Assembly: GCA_963810995.1 (NCBI GenBank)
Contig: CAWERM010000092.1
Coordinates: 1 to 58,007 of the forward strand
Length of the DNA stretch: 58,007 nucleotides
From: an uncultured Acidobacteriaceae bacterium
GTDB taxonomy: Bacteria; Acidobacteriota; Terriglobia; Terriglobales; Acidobacteriaceae
Direction: 5' to 3'
Shown here: positions 39,467 to 46,390 of the stretch, piece by piece
Position numbering within the stretch: the stretch's first letter is position 1
How the letters are laid out: each line of letters opens with the position of its first letter
The notes under the pieces: generated by a model
The model's database searches: none
What the model saw: only the letters and a program-made list of their open reading frames with translations
Told to the model about the DNA's origin: nothing
Made by a program: the position numbers and the translations under genes

Positions 39467-40936
39467 ATGACCCGGCACCTCCTCGCCCCCGCGCTTTTGT
39501 TACTGACCATTCCGCTAGCCGCCCAGACTCCAACAGCCACAGCACCGCCCTCCGCGACCCCTGCGAACCGGCCCACTCCGCTGATGGCGCCCATGACCAC
39601 GGCCGAAGCCGAGGCTGAGGTGGTTCCACAGATGGCCGTCAAGGGTTCACCGACCTACGCTCCCAATCTGCCGAAGCGTACCCGCCGATGCCTCATTACT
39701 GAGTCAGGCGCGGTGGGCGACGGCAAGACGGTGAACACAAAGTCCATCCAGTCGACCATCGATAAATGCGCCGAAAACAAGAATGGTGGAACCGTGGTGG
39801 TCCCCAAGGGCATCTTCCTCAGCGGCTCCATCTTCCTGAAGCAGGGCGTCAACCTGCTGGTGGAGAAGGACGGCGTGCTGAAAGGGACCACCAATATAGA
39901 CGACTACCCCGAGCTTCCGGAGCTGCCCGGCGGCCTTCGCGGCGGGGGAACAGCGGCGCTGGTCAATGCGGACGGCGTCACCGGTCTCACCATCTCCGGC
40001 GAGGGCACCATCGATGGCTCGGGTGAAGACTGGGTGCTACAGAGCCGCAGACCACCCGCGTCCGCTGCGGGAGGTGGATCGGCTTCGGCACTCACACAAG
40101 CAGTTGCGGCTCCAACTGCGACGGCAACTACTCCGCGCCAGGAACGGGGACGCCCACGTTTGATGGCGATCAAGAATGTGAAAGACGTGCAAATTTCTGG
40201 ACTGAACCTGCACAATCAGGCGACTTGGTGCCTGTGGGTTCTCTACAGCCAGAACGTCGAAATCGACGGTATAAAGATCACGGCCGAGCACAATATTCCC
40301 ACCTCTGACGGCATGGACATCGAGTCGTCGAAGCATGTGCATGTCAATCACTCTTACCTGGAAGACGACGACGACTGCATCTCCATCAAGTCGGGCAAGG
40401 ACGCCGACGGGCTTCGAGTCAACCGGCCCGCCGAAGACATCCTGATTGAGAACTCGCACTTCGCCTACGGCCAGGGTGGTGTGGCCATGGGCAGCGAGGT
40501 CTCGGGCAGCATCCGCAACGTGACTACACTGAACTGCCTCTTCGACGACGGCAACTGGGCGCCCATCCGCTTCAAATCGCAGCCCAGCCGCGGCGGAGTG
40601 GTGGAGAACATTACCTACAAGGACATCGTGGTGCATGCTACGCGCCAGGCCTTCGAGATGAATATGGAGTGGCGAATGGTGGGGCCGAGGCTGCCGGACT
40701 CGAACCCGCTGCCCGTTATGCGCAACATCAAGATCATCAATGTGACGGGCGATGTGCAGTCGGTCGGCAACATTCACGGACTGGCGGGAAGCCCGATCCA
40801 GGGCGTCACGTTTGAGAAATGCAATATCACGGCGGAGCGCGGCTTCCGGCTGGACCATGCGCGCAGCGTGGACCTGCAGGGACTGACCATTACTGTGAAG
40901 CAGGGCGATCCCGTGACGACAACCGACGTCGAGTAA
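39467..40936 (+). CDS. Secreted GH28 pectinase-family glycoside hydrolase
   Basis: GAVGDGKTVNTKSIQ, FLSGSIFLK, SDGMD, DDDCISIKSG, MGSE.SG.IRNV, IRFKS. Confidence 0.88.
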   Translation: MTRHLLAPALLLLTIPLAAQTPTATAPPSATPANRPTPLMAPMTTAEAEAEVVPQMAVKGSPTYAPNLPKRTRRCLITESGAVGDGKTVNTKSIQSTIDKCAENKNGGTVVVPKGIFLSGSIFLKQGVNLLVEKDGVLKGTTNIDDYPELPELPGGLRGGGTAALVNADGVTGLTISGEGTIDGSGEDWVLQSRRPPASAAGGGSASALTQAVAAPTATATTPRQERGRPRLMAIKNVKDVQISGLNLHNQATWCLWVLYSQNVEIDGIKITAEHNIPTSDGMDIESSKHVHVNHSYLEDDDDCISIKSGKDADGLRVNRPAEDILIENSHFAYGQGGVAMGSEVSGSIRNVTTLNCLFDDGNWAPIRFKSQPSRGGVVENITYKDIVVHATRQAFEMNMEWRMVGPRLPDSNPLPVMRNIKIINVTGDVQSVGNIHGLAGSPIQGVTFEKCNITAERGFRLDHARSVDLQGLTITVKQGDPVTTTDVE

Positions 40937-41018
40937 CCGCAATTCACACGACTACAGTGTGTCCACAGCGGTCGTGGTCTCCTGGTGCCGGCCTGCAAGA
41001 TTGACTGCGACTTCTACG

Positions 41019-41480
41019 CTATACGTCTGTGCGGAGGGTTCTGGCGAGACTTCTCGCAGTTACCGTCACCTGGTACAGATTTGACTCCGTTTTAGCCGCG
41101 AATGCCCAGTGATTTCCCAGACAGAAGTTGACAAGGGAGCAGCACAGGATCGAGATACTGTTGGAAACAAGTAGCGGTACGCGTGCCTCATGGACCAGGA
41201 TTCGCATCAGTATAAGATTCCCCAACATGGAGACCAGACCATTGGAAAGATGAAACCGAATAAATTGAGTGAACAGCGCGGCGTGGTCGCGGCGGTCGCG
41301 CCAGGTGTAGTGCAGGTGCCACACAAAGTTATGCACCAGCGCCAACTCGATGGCCGCAGCCGTGGCATAGAGATAGTGGCCCGCCGAAGCCCGGTTGAAG
41401 AGAGCGAGCGCTACAAGCTGAACAACCATTCCCATGGCTCCAACCAGATTGAACTTGCACCAGCGGATGAGAGGATTCAT
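41019..41480 (-). CDS. GtrA family small flippase-like membrane protein
   Basis: KFNLVG..G..V, A.......HNF.W..H.TW, C-terminal NF....WAF. Overlaps the upstream gene (ATGA). Confidence 0.85.
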   Translation of the reverse strand: MNPLIRWCKFNLVGAMGMVVQLVALALFNRASAGHYLYATAAAIELALVHNFVWHLHYTWRDRRDHAALFTQFIRFHLSNGLVSMLGNLILMRILVHEARVPLLVSNSISILCCSLVNFCLGNHWAFAAKTESNLYQVTVTARSLARTLRTDV

Positions 41481-42175
41481 GGCAGCGGCTCCTGCCGGTA
41501 GAGTTCTGCCGTGTGGCGCAGAGTAATGACGATCGCCAACGCGGACATGCAGCTCGCTCCGATCGTTCCTCCCAGGTCGAAGAGCAGCATCCTGTGGCCG
41601 AACAGCGTCGCATATGGACTGCGCAGCGCTGCCAGTGTGCCGACGATCAGTAGAACGCGAATCTCCGTGGGGCCGAAGATGCCTTGCGAAAGCTCAAAGC
41701 AGGACAGCGTATAGGTAGCCAGGTAGCTCTCGCTGGAGAGGATGAGAAACGCGATCAGCATCGCGATCGCGGTCGGCCAATGCAGCAGACCGGAGCAGCC
41801 GAGTCCAACCATCAACGCAACGGAGCCAAAGATGTCCACCATGTGGTCCACATAGAAGCCATAGCGCGGCCTCTGCTGACGACGCACTCGGGCCAGAGTC
41901 CCGTCCATGCTGTCGCCCAGCCAATTGAGAGCGATGCACAAAATCACCAGAAGCAAGGCGTAACGGTTGTATCGAGAGAGCGCGTAAAAGATCCCTGCCG
42001 CGACCTGAGCGCCTAAACCGAGCAGAGTGAGCTGATCCGAGCTGAGCCAGCCTGGAGCACGCTCTGCCATCCAAAGCAGAGCGCGCTTCTCGATGGAAGC
42101 AGTGAGGGACTGATTGATCCGGCGGGCGGAAGTGAATACCGCTTCAGTGCCTAGGGTAGTTGTTTGTGCGTTCAT
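41477..42175 (-). CDS. CDP-alcohol phosphatidyltransferase family protein
   Basis: Full signature D-x2-DG-x2-AR-x8-G-x3-D-x3-D (DSMDGTLARVRRQQRPRYGFYVDHMVD). Confidence 0.92.
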   Translation of the reverse strand: MNAQTTTLGTEAVFTSARRINQSLTASIEKRALLWMAERAPGWLSSDQLTLLGLGAQVAAGIFYALSRYNRYALLLVILCIALNWLGDSMDGTLARVRRQQRPRYGFYVDHMVDIFGSVALMVGLGCSGLLHWPTAIAMLIAFLILSSESYLATYTLSCFELSQGIFGPTEIRVLLIVGTLAALRSPYATLFGHRMLLFDLGGTIGASCMSALAIVITLRHTAELYRQEPLP

Positions 42176-42215
42176 GTCGGAGTCCTTTCTGGTTGCTGAT
42201 TTACGCGTAGATGGC

Positions 42216-42782
42216 TCAGTCCGCTAGGCCTGTAAGCCAGGCGATGCGGAAGACCACGTTGTGTTGAGTGGGGTTTGAAAACGCACAATAGTCACGTACC
42301 TCAAATTGAATGGAATGGGAGCGGTCGATGGGATGCGCGAAGGCCAAGCCATAGTCCAGTGCGTTGCCAGTTTCGAACATATTGATGTAACCGCCCACGA
42401 AGAGCGGTACTCCATGCCGATTTCCCAAATCGTTCAGCGGGATAAGCGGAATGAACAGATTTGTGCTCAGGTAACCCGATACAGTGCTCTGATTCGCCTG
42501 AGGGCCCATCACGCCGACTTCGAGATCGAAGAACGGCCCACTGAACATTCCGCCGCATTGCACGGTTGGTTTCGTAACGACCGGAGAGTTTGAAGCTCCC
42601 GCACCACACACCCACCCGGCCCGCGCAAAATAGGAATAAGCACCAGAGCTTTGTGCGCCTGCGATGCCTGTGAGCAGACAGATACAAACCACGAAGATCT
42701 TCAGGACTCTGAGGGACTGTTTTACTGAGCGTGCCGATGTAATGATTGATTGATCTTTCGTTGTGTCTGATTGTGCATTCAT
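42216..42782 (-). CDS. Exported hypothetical protein, possible small outer-membrane beta-barrel
   Basis: Signal-like segment ending AGA-Q, alternating hydrophobic/Gly strands, C-terminal NVVFRIAW. Confidence 0.55.
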   Translation of the reverse strand: MNAQSDTTKDQSIITSARSVKQSLRVLKIFVVCICLLTGIAGAQSSGAYSYFARAGWVCGAGASNSPVVTKPTVQCGGMFSGPFFDLEVGVMGPQANQSTVSGYLSTNLFIPLIPLNDLGNRHGVPLFVGGYINMFETGNALDYGLAFAHPIDRSHSIQFEVRDYCAFSNPTQHNVVFRIAWLTGLAD

Positions 42783-42838
42783 CTTCGTGTCCTTCCGATT
42801 ACTGGTTTTCTGGTCGCCGTTTCTGCTCGTCGATCAAA

Positions 42839-43648
42839 TTATTTGCGCAGCGCATTGCATGTTGAACGCAAAGTGAACTCCAGCGACTCGCGTGGAACGC
42901 TCTCCACAAAGGGCCGTACCACCCAGCCAAGACCGGTTGGGATGGAACGAGTCAACGTGACCGACTCGATCTGCATGTAGAGTCCGCCGTCTCGCTCCTC
43001 GTAGCTCCAGTAGGTGTTCAGCCGCCACAGGAAGCCGTGCTCCTCGCTGGAGTTCAGCACGCGCTCGCTGGATGTTCCGGGCGAGTCGATCTCGTCGATC
43101 CGCGTGCTCTGCGAGATGCTGTATCCGTGTTGCGCATCGAGCCGTTCATATGTAATGTCGTAGGCCGTATCCATCACCACCGTGATGACGTGCCGCTGGC
43201 GCACACGCATCGTTGCTTGTAGCCGATCTCCCTGTTGCGCTAGCACTCTTGCCTGTAGCACCTGCGGGGAGAAGTGTTGCGGGTAGGCATTGAAGTCCTT
43301 CATCAGCCGCTCGAAGTCAGCCGCCTTGGCGCCGGGGGCAAACGCAGTGCCGCGCCAGTGGTGCAGCATCGCTCCGGAAAGGTCTGCACCCGCCGGCGGT
43401 GCCAGCTTCTCCACGATCAACTCCCCCCGGCGCATGCGGTCTGCACTTTGCGAATCGGAAGATACGGAGGCGAGGAAGGTACTCTGCGAGCGGTGCTGCT
43501 GTGCAAGGCGCGTCTCAACCTCATGGGTGTACGAGTTGAAGGCTGCAACCGCTGCCGACGGGGGGCCTGCAGCAACGCAGCCGGGAGCAGCCGCAAAGAG
43601 CATGAGAAGAAAGAAGGTTCGGGAGCGTGTGAATTGGAATCGCGTCAT
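42839..43648 (-). CDS. Exported hypothetical protein, START/SRPBCC-like
   Basis: Signal peptide; HHWRGTAF, D...Y..HF.P, GFLWRLNTYWSYEERDGGLY..IES, C-terminal amphipathic helix. GAGG before ATG 43648. Confidence 0.6.
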   Translation of the reverse strand: MTRFQFTRSRTFFLLMLFAAAPGCVAAGPPSAAVAAFNSYTHEVETRLAQQHRSQSTFLASVSSDSQSADRMRRGELIVEKLAPPAGADLSGAMLHHWRGTAFAPGAKAADFERLMKDFNAYPQHFSPQVLQARVLAQQGDRLQATMRVRQRHVITVVMDTAYDITYERLDAQHGYSISQSTRIDEIDSPGTSSERVLNSSEEHGFLWRLNTYWSYEERDGGLYMQIESVTLTRSIPTGLGWVVRPFVESVPRESLEFTLRSTCNALRK

Positions 43649-43833
43649 CGGTACGCCTCGCTTCATGAACTGCACAATGCTCCACCCCGGCCTCTCGAAT
43701 CAATGCATAGAATCTCACCCGTTGAAAGTTGATCCTCACGCTGCAAAAGATTGCAGTAATTAGACTTTCTGAAAGTTATCACTTCGCCAACAGGTATAGA
43801 TTGAACGCGCAATCGGATACACTGGTCTGCAAC

Positions 43834-44721
43834 ATGACGGAAACAAGGCCAGCCCGGCGCTATCGTTTTGGTGTCTTTGAAGCAAACGCCGCCACGGGAG
43901 AGCTTCTCCGGCAGGGAATACGAACCAAATTAAATGCCCAGCCCTTTCAGGTGCTCTGCATGATGCTGGAGCGGCCCGGCGAACTGCTGACTCGCGAGGC
44001 CATCTCCCAGGAGCTATGGCCCGAAGGCACCTTCGTCGATTACGAACATGGCGTAAACTCAGCGGTCAATCGCATCCGCGAAGCCCTGGGAGATACGGCA
44101 AGCAATCCGCGGTTCGTTGAGACCATGGCACGCCGCGGTTATCGCTTCGTGGCGCCTGTGGAACGGATTGACCTCGGTGAAGAATTGCCCCCGTCAGCCC
44201 CCGAGCCTCCATCCCTCGAATCCGTCGCGCAATTTTCCGAGTTTGAAGATGACCTGCTGAGCCGGGTTCTGGCCTCTCCACAGGAGCTGCCGAAGACCTC
44301 GTATCCGGTTGTGCAGACGATCTTCGTCTTGTTTCAGTGCATGTACCTGAGCTTCTATATTGGGGCGCTGGCCAATCTGGCGGAGATTGAAGAACTCTTC
44401 ACTCCTCTGCCGAAGGCAACACAGGCGCTGATTGTCTTGATTGTGACGGCAGCGGTCCTGATCCCGGTCCGGGCCTTCATACTCACCGCTGTGCTGATGC
44501 ACGCACCACGAATACGCAAGCAGTTCCTCAAGATTTGGCCATTCTTGCTTCTACTTGATGAGTTATGGTCGCTCTCGCCCTTCCTGCTGTTGCATCACAT
44601 GAGCATCGGATTGGCGGTGTCGTGTACAGCACTGCTTGTTTACTCGCCCTTTGCCCAGCGCTCGCTGGTACTGATGGGCGCAGGCGGCGTCGACCGTACA
44701 ACCGCAGCATCGGCCCGGTGA
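43834..44721 (+). CDS. Membrane-anchored OmpR/PhoB-type winged-helix regulator (CadC/ToxR-like N-domain plus about 4 TM segments)
   Basis: YRFGVFE, QPFQVL..LERPGELLTRE, LWP.GTFVDYEHGVNSAVNRIREALGD.A.NPRFVET.ARRGYRF; hydrophobic C-terminal half; no receiver domain. Confidence 0.88.
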   Translation: MTETRPARRYRFGVFEANAATGELLRQGIRTKLNAQPFQVLCMMLERPGELLTREAISQELWPEGTFVDYEHGVNSAVNRIREALGDTASNPRFVETMARRGYRFVAPVERIDLGEELPPSAPEPPSLESVAQFSEFEDDLLSRVLASPQELPKTSYPVVQTIFVLFQCMYLSFYIGALANLAEIEELFTPLPKATQALIVLIVTAAVLIPVRAFILTAVLMHAPRIRKQFLKIWPFLLLLDELWSLSPFLLLHHMSIGLAVSCTALLVYSPFAQRSLVLMGAGGVDRTTAASAR

Positions 44722-44771
44722 ATGGAGCAAGATTACCTTGATATTGCTCGAACTGCCTGGCGCGGAGGTCG

Positions 44772-44945
44772 AAGATGCTGGGCCACGGCTCGCTCACAGT
44801 AACGAACCGGTACCTGCACCCAGGAGTGGCGAAACTTGGTAAGATGATGGATGTCCGGAACGAGTCGCGGAAGGTGACAGAGGACGCAACACAGAGTTCA
44901 GAGCTCGTCACGATTTGCAAGTTAGACCAGTCGAGCAGATGTTAA
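44772..44945 (+). pseudogene. C-terminal remnant of a tyrosine recombinase/integrase
   Basis: Hand translation KMLGHGSLTVTNRYLHP... carries the box II LGH-x8-Y pattern including the catalytic Tyr. In-frame TGA at 44739; stop is 17 nt before tRNA-Ser. Confidence 0.72.
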
Positions 44946-44962
44946 ATAGTTGAAAACAATGC

Positions 44963-45054
44963 GGAGAGTTGGCAGAGCCCGGTTGAATGCACCTGACTCG
45001 AAATCAGACATAGTCGCAAGGCTATCGGGGGTTCGAATCCCTCACTCTCCGCCA
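44963..45054 (+). tRNA. tRNA-Ser(CGA)
   Basis: GGAGAGT/ACTCTCC acceptor stem, CT CGA AA loop, long variable arm ATAGTCGCAAGGCTAT, GGTTCGAATCC, encoded CCA. Confidence 0.95.
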
Positions 45055-45207
45055 TATTATCTATAAGTTATTGATAATAATTGATATTTACAACGTATAA
45101 GTGCTCTGTAAGGTCCTTTGCAAGCTGTCTGAGTGTCTATTTGAACTCTGCGAATTCGGGACATATCGACCCTGGTGCTGCTTTGGCAACTTGCGGTGCG
45201 TAGTTTC

Positions 45208-46218
45208 TTATAGCAGGGGAGACTCCCACTGACCCGTGTTGGCGGAGCGGAAGATGGCCTCGATGACAGCCATGTTTTTGACCGCTTCTTCGATGGGAAC
45301 GGGGACTTCCGTGTCTTCCAGGATGGACTTGGAGAAGGCGTCGCCCTGCAAGGTGTATTGATCGCAGACGGGAAATGTCTCCGTCGCGATACCTCTGCCG
45401 GAGAGGTCGCTGCCATCGTCGATGAAGATGCGGGTGGGCCGGTCGGGAGGTGCGTTGACGGGAATTTCAATCTCGATGCGCCCACGGGTGCCGAGAAACT
45501 GGATTCGCTGGTAGGGCACCAACTGCGTGCTGCAGGTAAAGATGGACTGGCCGCCGGGGAAGTCGAGAATCGCCGAGGTGAGCCGGTCGGTATGCATCGC
45601 GGGATCGCGGTCGATGAGGGCCACCACTCGCGTGGGCTCCTCTGCAAAGGCATAGCGCGACGCGTGGACCATGTAGCAGCCGATGTCCATGAGAGCGCCA
45701 CCGCCGTACTCGATCCGGTTGCGGATGTTGGCCGGATTTATGTTGAAGTAACTGAAAAATCCGGCGATGGTGCGAAGCTCGCCGATGCGTCCCTCGCCGA
45801 GCAGTTGGCGCAGGCGAACCCATTGCGGATGGCAGTCGACCATGAAAGCTTCGCCGATCTTGACACCTGTGCTTGCGCGAACGGCAAGAAGAGTCTTGGC
45901 CTCTGCGACGGTCATGCTGATGGGCTTCTCGCAGAGAACGTGCTTGCCGGCTTCCGCGGCCTTGATTGTCCAGGGAACGTGAAGATGATTGGGTAGCGGA
46001 TTGTAGATTGCGTCCACATTGGGATCGGCCAGCAGTTCCTCGTACGAACCGTAGGCCGTGGGAATGCCAAGCACAGTCGCCGCCTCGCGGGCCTTTGCAA
46101 GATCGCGCGATGCGATCGCGGCTACAGTGGTGTATTCGCCCTTCTGCATTGCGGGAAGGACTTTCTTGAGGCCAATGTTGGCGGTGCTGAGGACTCCCCA
46201 GCGAACTTTATTCTTCAT
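45208..46218 (-). CDS. Gfo/Idh/MocA family oxidoreductase
   Basis: VRWGVLSTANIG, DAIYNPLPNHLH, GKHVLCEKP, GGGALMDIGCY. Probable start ATG 46218. Confidence 0.92.
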   Translation of the reverse strand: MKNKVRWGVLSTANIGLKKVLPAMQKGEYTTVAAIASRDLAKAREAATVLGIPTAYGSYEELLADPNVDAIYNPLPNHLHVPWTIKAAEAGKHVLCEKPISMTVAEAKTLLAVRASTGVKIGEAFMVDCHPQWVRLRQLLGEGRIGELRTIAGFFSYFNINPANIRNRIEYGGGALMDIGCYMVHASRYAFAEEPTRVVALIDRDPAMHTDRLTSAILDFPGGQSIFTCSTQLVPYQRIQFLGTRGRIEIEIPVNAPPDRPTRIFIDDGSDLSGRGIATETFPVCDQYTLQGDAFSKSILEDTEVPVPIEEAVKNMAVIEAIFRSANTGQWESPLL

Positions 46219-46390
46219 AAGAATCATGATACGAGAACTGCTCAATCGTTGTAAGCAACTGGCGATCCTGATTACACCGCGGCCTCCGCCGCCCATGCCG
46301 GCAAGCGGCGCACCAGCAGCGCCTCCACGTCCGCCCCGGCCGCCACGTCCTCCGCGTCGCCGATGCATCGGTTTTAGTTCTGCTCGTGAA

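Noticed and set aside
44920-44947. ATGTTAAAT resembling the XerD arm of a dif site
   Set aside because: The XerC half (AGTTAGACCAG) does not match the dif consensus; better explained as part of the integrase/att scar.
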